Source of the DNA: a virus
DNA length: 64,000 bases
IMG/VR virus record: IMGVR_UViG_3300034139_000007
Span: 1-64,000 of that record
Reading direction: 5' to 3' (one strand)
The notes beneath the pieces are model-generated. The model worked only from the letters and a program-made list of their open reading frames with translations, ran no database searches and had not been told where the DNA came from. This document shows positions 46,235-55,911 of the stretch, one piece after another. The first letter of the stretch is position 1. Each line of letters begins with the position of its first letter. The position numbers and the translations under genes are program-made.

Positions 46235-47416
46235 TCCCGCAGCGGTCTCGGCACGCTGCAGTCGATCGATCTGCGGCGGGGCACTGTCGGTCAGGCCCAG
46301 CTCCGCTTCGATCTCATCGAGACGATCCGACAGGGTCTTGTCGTCCCAGTCGCTGTCGTCGATGTTGAGCGTGGCGCGGAGACGCTCGACGCGGTCGGTG
46401 AAGCTGACCGGTGCGTCGTCACCGACAACCGGACCCAGGTCACCGCTCAGGTCGCGCATGGCCACCAGAGCCTCGACGCGAGAAGCATAGGTGTCCACGA
46501 CGGTGCCCGCGGGGTTCACAAGGTCCCATTGATCGCCGTCACGGTCGGCCCAGAGCACACGCCAGCCAGCGTCCCAGGCGGCCAGGGCCGGACCGCAATC
46601 CTCACCCTCGGGCAAGGCAAACTTGATGCCCTCACGCTGGTACAGGGCCACGCGGTCGTAGCTGAACACCAGCTGGTCCTCGCCCTCGAAGAAGACGCCC
46701 TCGCGGGCCTCCTGCATCGAGATCTCGAACAGCACCTCGTGCTTCTCGGTGCGGCCCTTGGAGCCGCCGCCGTCCTGCGGGAAAGACACGACGTCAGACG
46801 GGTCCTCGGCCATGATCAGGCAGCGATAGTCCGACATGCTCTTCAGGTACTTGTGATTGCAGAAGTGCAGGCCACGCGAGCAGGTGTTGTTGTAGTTGAG
46901 GTCGCACTCGTCGCGCGGCATCCGAACGATCCGACCCGGTGAGTTGTCCATGGACCTGGTGTGGGCGTCCAGGTACTGCATGTTGACGTACCGATAGGCC
47001 AGGAAGCGACCGTCCGGCAGGATCGGCAGCTCGGCCCGCTCGACCCACTGAAACAGCATGTCGATGGCGTCGCGGGTCGGGTTGCGCATGACGCGGTCCA
47101 GGAACAGCGCATACGGCTCCGGGTCGCGGCCACGGTTCACCATCTGGAGGATGCGGTCGACGAGGTAGTTGTCGACACGTCGGCCCTGGAAGGTGACGCG
47201 ACCGGCGAAGACGGTCACGTCGCCATAGTTGCCCAGGGCTTTGGTGAGGCGGTCCGAGGCGTTGACGATGCCGTCGACCTGGTCGTAGTCACCATTGGCG
47301 ATGGCCGTCTTCAGCTCCTCGTATCGAGGGTTGTCCGACGGAACCGTGAAGGGCCTGCCGGCCACGAACACGGTCACGCTGTCAGCGGACACGATTGAGA
47401 TCACAGGGTTAGTCAT
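46229..47416 (-). CDS. rIIB: RIIB-like protein
   Basis: LPILPDGRFLAYR, DNSPGRIVRMPR, TCSRGLHFC, PSDVVS.P. Confidence 0.88.
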   Translation of the reverse strand: MTNPVISIVSADSVTVFVAGRPFTVPSDNPRYEELKTAIANGDYDQVDGIVNASDRLTKALGNYGDVTVFAGRVTFQGRRVDNYLVDRILQMVNRGRDPEPYALFLDRVMRNPTRDAIDMLFQWVERAELPILPDGRFLAYRYVNMQYLDAHTRSMDNSPGRIVRMPRDECDLNYNNTCSRGLHFCNHKYLKSMSDYRCLIMAEDPSDVVSFPQDGGGSKGRTEKHEVLFEISMQEAREGVFFEGEDQLVFSYDRVALYQREGIKFALPEGEDCGPALAAWDAGWRVLWADRDGDQWDLVNPAGTVVDTYASRVEALVAMRDLSGDLGPVVGDDAPVSFTDRVERLRATLNIDDSDWDDKTLSDRLDEIEAELGLTDSAPPQIDRLQRAETAAGL

Positions 47417-49604
47417 TCAGCTTGGTCCTTCTGAATGCGGCGAGGGCGGGGACGTCCACGTCGCTGTAGTTGAAGATGTTTGTCTCGGTCCGTTCCCAGA
47501 TCGCGACGGCGAGGCGTAGTAGTGGAGATCGATTGTAGACTTTCTCGACCTCCTTGGCCACCGACACCCGCAGCTTCTTGGGTGTCGGCATGTCGAGCCC
47601 GGCACGACGGGCATAATCCCGGGCGTGATCGATCTCACGCTGGAGCGCGCTGGCATCCTCGGGAGCCTTGAGGGCTTCGAGGCGGGCCGTGATCGTCGGG
47701 AACAGGTCCGGGTGCCGGGTGGTCAGGCGGCGCACGGTCTTGGTGAGCTTGTCCTGATCGACCTGGGCCGCGGCGGCCTGACGGGCCAGCTCGGCCAGCA
47801 CATCCGGGTTACGGATGGTCAGATCGAACTTGGCCTTGAGCCAGACGTCCAGACGGATGAAGTCCGCCTGATTACCGTCGCGCTTGACCTGGGCCTGGGC
47901 CTTCTTGGACAGACCCAGCACCAGTTGGCCACCGTCGGTACGCCAGCTAGAGTTGATGACCTTGTTGTCGAAGCCGACCGTGTCGTCGATGTCGTGACCC
48001 GTAAGGGGGATGTAGACACCGGCGGTGGCCAGCTCGTCGGTCTGGTTCCAGTCCGAACGGCACCCGTGGTAGCGGTAGCCGCCATACTGGGTGCCAGGAG
48101 ACAGGGTCAGGACGCGCAGCTCGGTCTTCTTGCCGCTGGCCAGCTTGGTCTTGGGCTCTGGCAGGGGCAGCTCCGACAACAACATGATGTTCTGGTCAGA
48201 GTAGCGCCAGTCGGCGAAGTGGGCACGCATGGCCTCGATGGAAGGCCAGTTGGGCACATCGGCACCCTTGTGGTCGAGACGATGGTCGAACAGATAGACC
48301 GCCAGCTTTCTGACGCCCAGATCCTCGGCCAGTTGGCGAGCACGCGAGGTGACCCGGCGCTTGCTGTCGGACACGTCCTTCATGTCGTCAAAGACGAAGA
48401 ACCGGTTGTCGCGGAAGGCGTCGACCGGGAAGGTGTCCTTGACGTAGCGACTGAAGGTGACCTCGGTCTTGTCACTCTTCCAGGACTTGGGCTCGACGTT
48501 CAGGACCTGCGGGCGACCGTAGGGCAGGGCGATCTCGTCGCGGATGCCCGGGAAGCCAGCGTGCTGGACGATGTCGCGCATCACGATGCCGGGCTTGGCG
48601 TCGGCCTTGATCTCGGGCCACTTCTTGGTGATCATCGACCAGGTGTTGTTGTCCTTCAGCTTCTGGATGAACTCCAGCTGCTCGAAGGGGTTCATGGTCT
48701 TGACCAGCTCGAACTGCTGCTCGGCATAGTCGTCGCAGATCTGACGATACCGCTCGCGCAGCCGGGTCAGGGTCAGGGTGTCATACGACAGACCCTCACG
48801 GCTCGGCAGGAGGTCCAGCTCACCGATGCCGAACACCATGATGATGGTGCCGGGCAGCTTGGCGTCGCCCTCCTGGAGCACGATGCCCCAGTCCAGCGGG
48901 TAGGCGACCGGACCCATCAGGACGTAGGGCTTGGCCGGAGCCTCGGTGCGGACCCAGTAGTTGGACTTCTGATCGGTGTACTCGATCACCGGCACGTCAA
49001 TGCCGTGGACCTCGTAGCTGCCCAGCGGCAAGTGCTGCAGCAGGTCAGCGGCAGTGCTCTCGAAGACGCCCCAGTCGTTGGTCTTGATCGGGACCTGGAC
49101 CTGGATGCCGTCCGGCTCGTCGGTGGGCTGCTCATCGATGCGCGACATCTGAGGGATGCCGTCGCCGCCACGGTAGGCGGCGTAGCTGCGCTTGATGCCG
49201 GCCTGCACGGACGCCACGGTGAAGGCGTCGGCGTAGGCGAAGGGCGACTTGCAGCCCAGACCGAAGCCGCCGATGGCGTCGTCGCCCTGATCCTTGGTCG
49301 ATGCACCGAACGAGGTGTACATCAGCATCACGTCGTCGTCGCTCATGCCGGGGCCGTAGTCGCGGATCGTCAGCATCGGCTCGATGTGGTTGGGCAGGCT
49401 GATCAGGATCGGACGGGTCTGGCCGTTCATGCCGTGGGCGTCCAGTGCGTTGCACGAGATCTCACGGATGACGGCCCGGGGTTTGTCCGAGTAGAGCTTA
49501 TCGGCCAGGATGCTGAACATCTTGGCGTTGCCCTGGATGGTGAAGGCGGCAGTCGGCAGCTCGTCGCTGACCGAGACGTCTCTCTTGAAGGCATCGGAAC
49601 GCAT
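47409..49604 (-). CDS. rIIA: RIIA-like protein (GHKL ATPase N-terminus)
   Basis: LYSDKPRAVIREISCNALDAH, RDYGPGMS, STK, GGFGLGCKSPFAY. Confidence 0.9.
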   Translation of the reverse strand: MRSDAFKRDVSVSDELPTAAFTIQGNAKMFSILADKLYSDKPRAVIREISCNALDAHGMNGQTRPILISLPNHIEPMLTIRDYGPGMSDDDVMLMYTSFGASTKDQGDDAIGGFGLGCKSPFAYADAFTVASVQAGIKRSYAAYRGGDGIPQMSRIDEQPTDEPDGIQVQVPIKTNDWGVFESTAADLLQHLPLGSYEVHGIDVPVIEYTDQKSNYWVRTEAPAKPYVLMGPVAYPLDWGIVLQEGDAKLPGTIIMVFGIGELDLLPSREGLSYDTLTLTRLRERYRQICDDYAEQQFELVKTMNPFEQLEFIQKLKDNNTWSMITKKWPEIKADAKPGIVMRDIVQHAGFPGIRDEIALPYGRPQVLNVEPKSWKSDKTEVTFSRYVKDTFPVDAFRDNRFFVFDDMKDVSDSKRRVTSRARQLAEDLGVRKLAVYLFDHRLDHKGADVPNWPSIEAMRAHFADWRYSDQNIMLLSELPLPEPKTKLASGKKTELRVLTLSPGTQYGGYRYHGCRSDWNQTDELATAGVYIPLTGHDIDDTVGFDNKVINSSWRTDGGQLVLGLSKKAQAQVKRDGNQADFIRLDVWLKAKFDLTIRNPDVLAELARQAAAAQVDQDKLTKTVRRLTTRHPDLFPTITARLEALKAPEDASALQREIDHARDYARRAGLDMPTPKKLRVSVAKEVEKVYNRSPLLRLAVAIWERTETNIFNYSDVDVPALAAFRRTKLND

Positions 49605-49622
49605 GGTCGTATGTCCTTGCTT

Positions 49623-49636
49623 TTTAACGGTTAAAG
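49623..49636 (-). promoter_or_regulatory. Motif A copy 2 upstream of rIIA
   Basis: CTTTAACCGTTAAA then AAGCAAGGACATACGACCATG. Confidence 0.75.
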
Positions 49637-50110
49637 AATGGTGATGCGCGTTGCGCTGTGCACCAGGGTTTTGGCCTGGAACCCACGAGGCAGGGGAATG
49701 TCGGACCTGACATTGTAGGGGTGCTTCTGCCCGATCTCGGTGGAGAGACCCTCCACCCTGATGGCACGGCGAAGCCAGATCGTGTCGCGGCTTTCGTTGC
49801 GCACGTCAGCCTCGCGCAGCAGGGCCTCGATCCCCCGCCAGGTCCATTGTGAGGACCAGTCGACGGTTGGCTTCCTGGCGCTGGCGATGAGGATGTGTGG
49901 CTCATAGCCCAGCACCGGTAGGTCACGATCCGACATCTTCACCGCCGACCGAAGCTGGAGGTGGATGGGCAAGCACGACGCGCGGACAGTCAAGCCGTAA
50001 CGGGGCTTGCTGGTCGGCTCGGGCAGGAGCAGGCTGTTGTAGACGAAGTGGAAGACGTGGTCGCTCGGCCCCAGGTCGATGCAGAAGGGGATCGGATCTA
50101 CTTCGGACAT
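49631..50110 (-). CDS. Hypothetical protein
   Basis: GAGGAG RBS; stop codon lies inside motif A. Confidence 0.6.
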   Translation of the reverse strand: MSEVDPIPFCIDLGPSDHVFHFVYNSLLLPEPTSKPRYGLTVRASCLPIHLQLRSAVKMSDRDLPVLGYEPHILIASARKPTVDWSSQWTWRGIEALLREADVRNESRDTIWLRRAIRVEGLSTEIGQKHPYNVRSDIPLPRGFQAKTLVHSATRITIL

Positions 50111-50496
50111 GGGTCAATCTCCTCGAAGTCCAGCCCCTCGGACCACCACTCGCCGGCGGGGCCGCCACGCATCTCGATGTGGATGGTGCTGTTGGCACCG
50201 ACATGGACGACCGACAGCAGGCTGTTGCTCAGGTCGACGCCGGGGTGAGTGTCCACCTCGCTCTCACCGAACACGCCGTCCGTGTGGCGGTCGCGCAGCT
50301 CCTTGGAGGCGAACCCGTCGGTGGGCAGGGTCTCGGTCCACGGATGGCGCTCGAAGGCCGCCAGCGGCCACAGGACCTCGGAGAAGTCCCACTTGCCACA
50401 GACGCGGAGCGCCTCGGTCACGCGCTCGATGTCCAGGTCGAAGGAGATCAGCTGATCCTCTTCGTTTTCCTGCATCATGATCGTGTAGATTTTCAC
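50098..50496 (-). CDS. Hypothetical acidic protein
   Basis: GGAG RBS, GTGA overlap. Confidence 0.6.
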   Translation of the reverse strand: MKIYTIMMQENEEDQLISFDLDIERVTEALRVCGKWDFSEVLWPLAAFERHPWTETLPTDGFASKELRDRHTDGVFGESEVDTHPGVDLSNSLLSVVHVGANSTIHIEMRGGPAGEWWSEGLDFEEIDPCPK

Positions 50497-50705
50497 AGGT
50501 AGCTCTCCATGAGCTTGATGAAGGCGGGAAGGTCCGCCTTGGGGACTTCGATCTGGGCCGCCGTGGTGCGGTCGCCCTTGCTGTTGATCGGCATCAGCAC
50601 AATCTCGGTCGGGGTGTCGTAGCTGCCGACCCCTATCTGGGTGCCGGAACGGTTCCGGCCCCAGTAGGCGGCGGTGCGCTTGTCGCCGAAGAGGATGTCA
50701 GGCAT
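50493..50705 (-). CDS. Hypothetical protein
   Basis: In operon. Confidence 0.6.
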   Translation of the reverse strand: MPDILFGDKRTAAYWGRNRSGTQIGVGSYDTPTEIVLMPINSKGDRTTAAQIEVPKADLPAFIKLMESYL

Positions 50706-51120
50706 CGGCCTTCGGGGTCACGATCCAGCTGGTCGCGGCCTTGCTCGTCTTCTTGGCCGCCGACAGGATGCTGGCGGCCTTGGCCGCACCGATCTCGTCG
50801 ATCAGCAGCTTCATCAGGGCGTCCGGGTCGATCATCTCGCGACCGTTGGCGGTCTTGGCGAAGATCCGGTAGCTGTCGGTCTCGGCGAACTCGACCTGTT
50901 CGAGGCTGGGACGCTGCTCGGCATCGGTGATGATGCCCAGCTTCACGGCGGCGGTCTTGGCCTTCTTCTTGCGCGCCTCGGCCAGCGTGGCCAGGCTCAG
51001 CGCGGTCAACAGCTCGTGGGCCGCGAGGTCACGCTCGCCGCTCTCGGGCTTCGGCGCGGTGCCGTTGGTGGTGCCGATCTTCTTGAAGGCGGCAACGATT
51101 TTGTCGGTCAGGGTTCCCAT
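50698..51120 (-). CDS. Hypothetical protein
   Basis: GGAG RBS; Ala/Lys-rich. Confidence 0.7.
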   Translation of the reverse strand: MGTLTDKIVAAFKKIGTTNGTAPKPESGERDLAAHELLTALSLATLAEARKKKAKTAAVKLGIITDAEQRPSLEQVEFAETDSYRIFAKTANGREMIDPDALMKLLIDEIGAAKAASILSAAKKTSKAATSWIVTPKADA

Positions 51121-51398
51121 GGGTCTTCTCCATCTTGGGCTAGCGGGATTGCTTGGTCGAAAAAGTACAGCAGGGCGATGAGGTCGGACCGGTCGGCGAA
51201 CTTGTCGTCGCGGTCCTCGCCCTTCTGGACGCGGGCCAGCAGGTCGAGCGTGTACTCGATGCAGGCCTGCTGGTGGGTGGGGTTAGTCGGGGTCGCGTCG
51301 TTCAGGTAGAAGCTGTAGAAGCACGCCCCGAGATCCCCCACAGAGATATAGCTCCCCCATTGGGAGGCAATCTCGAAGGCTCTCTCGCGGGTAATCAT
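51108..51398 (-). CDS. Hypothetical protein
   Basis: CAAGGACTTCGACGATG start context. Confidence 0.65.
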   Translation of the reverse strand: MITRERAFEIASQWGSYISVGDLGACFYSFYLNDATPTNPTHQQACIEYTLDLLARVQKGEDRDDKFADRSDLIALLYFFDQAIPLAQDGEDPWEP

Positions 51399-51436
51399 CG
51401 TCGAAGTCCTTGTCTAACAGGGACTGCAGCGCAGGC

Positions 51437-51919
51437 TTATGCTGCAGCATTCGCCACCGCCTGAAGGAACTTGCCGTAGGCAGTGCCGTAGGCTTGGGTG
51501 GCGTGGGCCAGGTCGTGGGCCGCGGCTTGGAGGACGGCCTGGGCCTTGCTGATCTCGTCGGGGCCGTAGGCGACTTCCGCCTGTTCGGGCTCTTCGCCCT
51601 CGGTGCTGATCCAGCCGCCGGAGGCCAGCTTGGTGGCCACCTCGTCGAGGAAGTCGTTGAAGTCACCGATGAAACTTTTGACCTGATCGGGCATGTCGAT
51701 CCGGTACTCGAAGAACCCATCGACGACGGTCAGCTCCATCTGGTCATCCCAGTCGTAGTAGTTGCCCTCGTCGTCGGTTCTGGGCGGCGGGACGTCAGTG
51801 TCGTTTTCCCAGAAGCCAGCTCGGTCGCAGCCATGCTCCTTGAGCAGCTCGATGACGGTGGTGAGGGTGACGCCGTCCTTGAGGGGCACGACGCCGCGAT
51901 AATAGACTGGTCCAGCCAT
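51437..51919 (-). CDS. Hypothetical acidic protein
   Basis: AAGGA RBS. Confidence 0.7.
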   Translation of the reverse strand: MAGPVYYRGVVPLKDGVTLTTVIELLKEHGCDRAGFWENDTDVPPPRTDDEGNYYDWDDQMELTVVDGFFEYRIDMPDQVKSFIGDFNDFLDEVATKLASGGWISTEGEEPEQAEVAYGPDEISKAQAVLQAAAHDLAHATQAYGTAYGKFLQAVANAAA

Positions 51920-51946
51920 GGTCGAACTTTCCTTACGGTGAAGGTT

Positions 51947-51966
51947 GGGGTGGCCGAAGCCACCCC
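51947..51966 (-). other. UUCG-loop hairpin without U tract
   Basis: GGGGTGGC-TTCG-GCCACCCC. Confidence 0.7.
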
Positions 51967-51975
51967 GGTTTCAGA

Positions 51976-52869
51976 TCAGACGCCCAGCGTCGCCTTGACG
52001 GCGCGGACGTGCGGGGCCGAGCCGGTGAACGACTTGGCCAGGACGAACTGGAAGGCATCCCGGTCGCTGGCGATGGGACCATCGACGACGGCCAGGATGT
52101 TCTTGCCAGTGGGGCTCATCGCCCAGCCTTCGGACTGAGCCAGGTCGGCGTCAGCGGAGGCTTCCTCGATCTCCTCGATGCCGTCGATCTGGCGGTGGTG
52201 GTCGATCCACCCTGCCTTGACGGGCATGGCGTCGAAGATGGCCTGGGCCTGACGCTTGGCGTCGGACGGGGTCCTGGCGCTGACGATCACCGACCGCTCG
52301 GAATAGACCCGCGCGTCCTGGATCACCTTGTAGTTCACGACCGGCGGGGCAGTAGCGACACCGGCAGGCTGGACCGGCAGGGTGAACTGGTTGCCGATCT
52401 GCAGGCGGTAGGAAGGCTTGCCTTCACGCAACTCGACCGACACGACAGTGCCGATGGCACCGCGATCAGCCGTATTGGCAGCAGGCGGGACGGGGCTGTA
52501 GGTCGTGTCAGCCGTGTCGTACAGGTTCAGCTGCTGGAGGGTCTCCAGCTCGTCGCCGACCTTGAACTCGGCGTCGCCCAGCAGGATCATGGCGGCCAGC
52601 TCGCGGCAGTCATCGATGGTCAGGGTCTCGGCCTGGCCAGCGAGCCAGATCTGGATGGTGCCGTCTTCCAGAACCCACAGGCCGACAGGCAGGCGGTTCT
52701 GCGAGGCCCAGACGTTCTTGTCCGTCTTGAACGCCGGGGTGGCGACCTCGTCGGAGGCCAGGGCTTTGGCGAAGTTGGCGGCGTCTTCAGCGGACAGCTG
52801 GAGCGGGGCCGGCAGTTGGGGGTGAGCCAGGTCGAACCCAGCGTCGGTCTTGGTCAGAGTGATGTTCAT
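51976..52869 (-). CDS. Hypothetical protein
   Basis: AGGA RBS before ATG 52869 (MNITLT). Confidence 0.7.
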   Translation of the reverse strand: MNITLTKTDAGFDLAHPQLPAPLQLSAEDAANFAKALASDEVATPAFKTDKNVWASQNRLPVGLWVLEDGTIQIWLAGQAETLTIDDCRELAAMILLGDAEFKVGDELETLQQLNLYDTADTTYSPVPPAANTADRGAIGTVVSVELREGKPSYRLQIGNQFTLPVQPAGVATAPPVVNYKVIQDARVYSERSVIVSARTPSDAKRQAQAIFDAMPVKAGWIDHHRQIDGIEEIEEASADADLAQSEGWAMSPTGKNILAVVDGPIASDRDAFQFVLAKSFTGSAPHVRAVKATLGV

Positions 52870-52913
52870 CAGGGTGGTTCCTAGTTGATGGTTGGTACGC
52901 ACGACTACCTCCG

Positions 52914-53204
52914 TCAGGAGGATCTGGGGATGATGAGGGTCGCTTGGTTGATGACCATCAGGGCAGCGAGCCATGTGGTCATCCTCTGCACAACGTGGAT
53001 GGGGACGACGGGGTCGACGATCAGCACAGGGCCGAGCATCAGGCCGGTCGGTTCGAAGTAGAAGGGCCGGATGCCGGGTGTCATGACGGACATGGGGTCC
53101 GAGACCAGCAGGCCGATCCCGGCGACCTCCACACCCGTGACGTGGGCGGGAGGCTCGACCGTCCGCACCAGCTGCGTGCGGGGATCAATCAGGATTGCCG
53201 TCAT
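52914..53204 (-). CDS. Hypothetical protein
   Basis: GGAG RBS; AILIDP..V motif. Confidence 0.6.
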   Translation of the reverse strand: MTAILIDPRTQLVRTVEPPAHVTGVEVAGIGLLVSDPMSVMTPGIRPFYFEPTGLMLGPVLIVDPVVPIHVVQRMTTWLAALMVINQATLIIPRSS

Positions 53205-53556
53205 CGGGCAGCTCCAGACTGGGGTGCGGGCCGCTCAAGGTGTGACGGCGGCTGATGATGTAGTTGTAAGCCGCCACGCGGGCCTTAGGGAAGATGCCGG
53301 GCGTGGACCAGTCGAGGGTGGCGACCAGCTCGGGGACGAACTCGAAGTCGAAGGCCACGCGACCATCGTTGAAGTCGCCCTCGTTGATGACGTCGTAGAC
53401 CAGCTCGACCCATTTGGCGATGTCGAGGGCGTAGTCGCGCATGTCGAACGAGCCGCGGTTGCCCCACAAGGTATCGAGGCCGGGGCTCTTGTCGCGCTGG
53501 TCGATCATGGCCTCCCAGACGATCATGCCCGTGGTTGCGATAACGTCGGTGATCAT
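53185..53556 (-). CDS. Hypothetical protein
   Basis: ATG 5 nt after motif A; FDFEFVP. Confidence 0.65.
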   Translation of the reverse strand: MITDVIATTGMIVWEAMIDQRDKSPGLDTLWGNRGSFDMRDYALDIAKWVELVYDVINEGDFNDGRVAFDFEFVPELVATLDWSTPGIFPKARVAAYNYIISRRHTLSGPHPSLELPDDGNPD

Positions 53557-53561
53557 TGGAT

Positions 53562-53575
53562 TTTAACCGTTAAAG
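53562..53575 (-). promoter_or_regulatory. Motif A copy 3 (CTTTAACGGTTAAA)
   Basis: Directly follows hairpin 53577-53601 and precedes ATCCAATG. Confidence 0.75.
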
Positions 53576-53610
53576 TGGCCCACTCCGGGATGGAGCGGGC
53601 CGGGTTGTAG

Positions 53611-54033
53611 TCAGACGCCCAGAGCCTCCAGGCGGTCCATCAGCTCACGGATCTCGGGCGAGCCGGCGGCCAGGGCCTCGATGCGGGCACGTTCGGCGGC
53701 TTCCTTGGCGAGGCGGTCGATCTCCTTGCGGATGCGACGGGCCTCGGCCAGGTTGCGCTCGGCCTTCTCGTAGTCGGCGAAGTCGACGACATCGACGATC
53801 CGGCGCGTGGCCTTCTCGGGGGTGTCGCTGGGCTGGCCGACGATCTTGACGACCTTCAGGCCGCCAGCGTCGGTCGGAGCACGCACGACGGCGAACTCCA
53901 GCTTGTCGGCTTCGATCCGGCGAGCCTGCTCGTCGGTGACGTAGTAGGCGTATTTCCGGGAGGACCAGCGGTCCGCGTTGCGGCCAGTGGCGAACTCGTC
54001 GCCGGCGTTGAACTGTACGTCGATGCTTTTCAT
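53611..54033 (-). CDS. Hypothetical phage protein
   Basis: KYAY..AVV..KVVKI..KAT..IVDVVD then coiled coil. Confidence 0.7.
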   Translation of the reverse strand: MKSIDVQFNAGDEFATGRNADRWSSRKYAYYVTDEQARRIEADKLEFAVVRAPTDAGGLKVVKIVGQPSDTPEKATRRIVDVVDFADYEKAERNLAEARRIRKEIDRLAKEAAERARIEALAAGSPEIRELMDRLEALGV

Positions 54034-54389
54034 GGGTTTCTTATCCAGATTTTCCGCAGGGTGGCGCGGTTGGGGTTGAGCCGGAACAGGGCCAGGCGGG
54101 TGGCTCGGAAGTCCGCCAGGAATGGGGTGGGGCCGCGCAGTCGCTCGATCAGGGCGGTGACTTCGTCGCTGATCTCGGACACGATGAACACGTCCGTCAT
54201 CTCATCGAGGTAGGCGCGGGTCGCGGGCATCATGAACCGGGTCTCACCCTCCATCTGCTCGAGACCCCAGACGAGGATCTCCTGTTGGCGATAGGCCTCG
54301 GCGACATCGACAGGCGGGAAGTTCATCATGCCAGCGAGCATGCGGGATTTGCTGGTGCGGGCTTCGGTCAGCGCGGTTTCCATCATCAC
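54030..54389 (-). CDS. Hypothetical protein
   Basis: 4-nt overlaps on both sides. Confidence 0.6.
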   Translation of the reverse strand: MMMETALTEARTSKSRMLAGMMNFPPVDVAEAYRQQEILVWGLEQMEGETRFMMPATRAYLDEMTDVFIVSEISDEVTALIERLRGPTPFLADFRATRLALFRLNPNRATLRKIWIRNP

Positions 54390-54718
54390 GGCGGGTTCGC
54401 CTTTCCACAGTTGGTGCAGGTGAAGCGGGCGGCGGGGTCGCGCGAGCCCATGTAGGGCGTCGTCGGGTCGCCGTTCTGATAGGGGCGGTCGGGATAGGGA
54501 TCGCCCGGCCAGACGTCGTTCAGGCCGCGCTGGGCTTCATCCTCGCTGGCGGGGTGGAAGCTGGGCTCCGGCGATGTCGGGGCGCGCAGCGCGTTCATGT
54601 AGTCGATCATGCCCTGCTGGTCGTTGGGCACGATCTCGGTCTCGAACTTCAGGCCGGAGGCTTTGGCCTCGGCCTGTGTTCGGTGCAGCTGTCCGCTGCT
54701 GTCCTTGTAGCACTTCAA
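54386..54718 (-). CDS. Hypothetical protein with C-terminal CxxC
   Basis: GGGAG RBS, TTG start at 54718 overlapping upstream stop (MKCYKD). Confidence 0.6.
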   Translation of the reverse strand: MKCYKDSSGQLHRTQAEAKASGLKFETEIVPNDQQGMIDYMNALRAPTSPEPSFHPASEDEAQRGLNDVWPGDPYPDRPYQNGDPTTPYMGSRDPAARFTCTNCGKANPP

Positions 54719-55233
54719 GGCCTTGCTCCCATGGCGGTGGCGATGATGGAGTTCTGGGTCAGCGTTGGCAGCTGAGCCCAGTCGGGCACGGTGTCGGCCA
54801 TGGTGGCCATGACCTTCTCGCGCTTCTTCTCGAAAGCCTCCTTGCGCGCGGCTTCCGCGCCAGCTTCGATGACGCGGTCGTGCTCGGCCTTGCGAACCAC
54901 AGCCTCGTCGGCGGCCTTCTTCTCGATGGCCATCCATTGGAGGTCAGGCAGGTCGAGATAGCTGGCGGGGAAGGTGATCATCAGCTCGGGCTGACAGTCG
55001 TAGTCCCACCACGAGTACTTGACCTCGACGCTGTCGCCGTAGGTGTCGAAGTCGACGGGCGAGCCGAGGACGGGGTCCAGCCAGCGACTGGTGATCTTCG
55101 GGAACGCGCTGTCCCGGACGATCTTGCGCTGCTCGTGGCAGTAGCGGGCGATGACGTCGAGGCGCTTCAGCGTCAGCTCGATGGTCTTGGCCAGCTGGGC
55201 CAGTGCCGTGCTGCTGATGTGGTTGTCGGTCAT
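54715..55233 (-). CDS. Hypothetical protein
   Basis: ATGA overlap. Confidence 0.65.
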   Translation of the reverse strand: MTDNHISSTALAQLAKTIELTLKRLDVIARYCHEQRKIVRDSAFPKITSRWLDPVLGSPVDFDTYGDSVEVKYSWWDYDCQPELMITFPASYLDLPDLQWMAIEKKAADEAVVRKAEHDRVIEAGAEAARKEAFEKKREKVMATMADTVPDWAQLPTLTQNSIIATAMGARP

Positions 55234-55421
55234 CGGAAGAACTTCCCGATGTGCTCTTCCCAGGTCGTCATGATGTCGATGCAGATCTCGTCGTCGAACT
55301 GATCGGCCTCCTGACGCCAGCCACGGCGGTCGGTGACGTCGTTCCAGATCGCGGCGACAGCCTGCTGGACAGGGTCGGAGCTGGCCGCCAGTTTGGCGAC
55401 GTGTTCGTAGCGGCAGGCCAT
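55230..55421 (-). CDS. Hypothetical phage protein
   Basis: I..D.TDRRGWRQE..I..W; ATG 4 nt after motif A. Confidence 0.65.
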   Translation of the reverse strand: MACRYEHVAKLAASSDPVQQAVAAIWNDVTDRRGWRQEADQFDDEICIDIMTTWEEHIGKFFR

Positions 55422-55425
55422 GGAT

Positions 55426-55439
55426 TTTACCCGTTAAAG
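55426..55439 (-). promoter_or_regulatory. Motif A copy 4 (CTTTAACGGGTAAA, one mismatch)
   Basis: Followed by ATCCATG. Confidence 0.7.
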
Positions 55440-55458
55440 TCTGAGGAAGGGGAAGGGT

Positions 55459-55482
55459 GGACCGGCCCCGAAGGGCCGGTCC
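55459..55482 (-). other. UUCG-loop hairpin without U tract
   Basis: GGACCGGCCC-TTCG-GGGCCGGTCC. Confidence 0.7.
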
Positions 55483-55494
55483 GGTGGCGGTCGA

Positions 55495-55902
55495 TCAGGC
55501 GTCGTCGTCGTCCTTCAGCGCGGCCAGCTGCTTCTGCAGGTCCGCGATGCTGGTGCCGGCCAGCTTCTCGGCTTCGGCGCGGGCCAGGGCGTCCGTCAGT
55601 GTGCGCTTCAGGTCGGCCTTGGCGGCGCGCTTGGTGGCGCGTTCGGCGTCCAGCTGCTTGTCGGCGATCACCTCGATCACCAGGTCCAGCGCGTCCTGGA
55701 GCAGGCCACGGCGGGGGTCCGGCGTGGTCTGGATGAAGCTCTCCTCCGTGATGGACTTCAGCTCCGCGTTGACGGCACGGGCGGTGGCGTCGAGATCGGG
55801 CAGCTTCAGATCGTAGAGCTGCTCGGCAGTCAACGGGCCGCGGGTGGAGTTGAAGCGCGTCTTGCGACGGGCAGCGAGTTTGAACAGGTTCTTGTCAGTC
55901 AT
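55495..55902 (-). CDS. Conserved coiled-coil phage protein (partner of 667-aa protein)
   Basis: LF..A.R.K.RF.S.RG.L..EQL.DL..EESF. Confidence 0.75.
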   Translation of the reverse strand: MTDKNLFKLAARRKTRFNSTRGPLTAEQLYDLKLPDLDATARAVNAELKSITEESFIQTTPDPRRGLLQDALDLVIEVIADKQLDAERATKRAAKADLKRTLTDALARAEAEKLAGTSIADLQKQLAALKDDDDA

Positions 55903-55911
55903 GGGTGGTTC

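Noticed and set aside
51947-55482. N4-type single-stranded DNA hairpin promoters (CGAAG loops on the template strand)
   Set aside because: CGAA is simply the complement of the common UUCG RNA tetraloop, and no phage RNA polymerase gene is in the window
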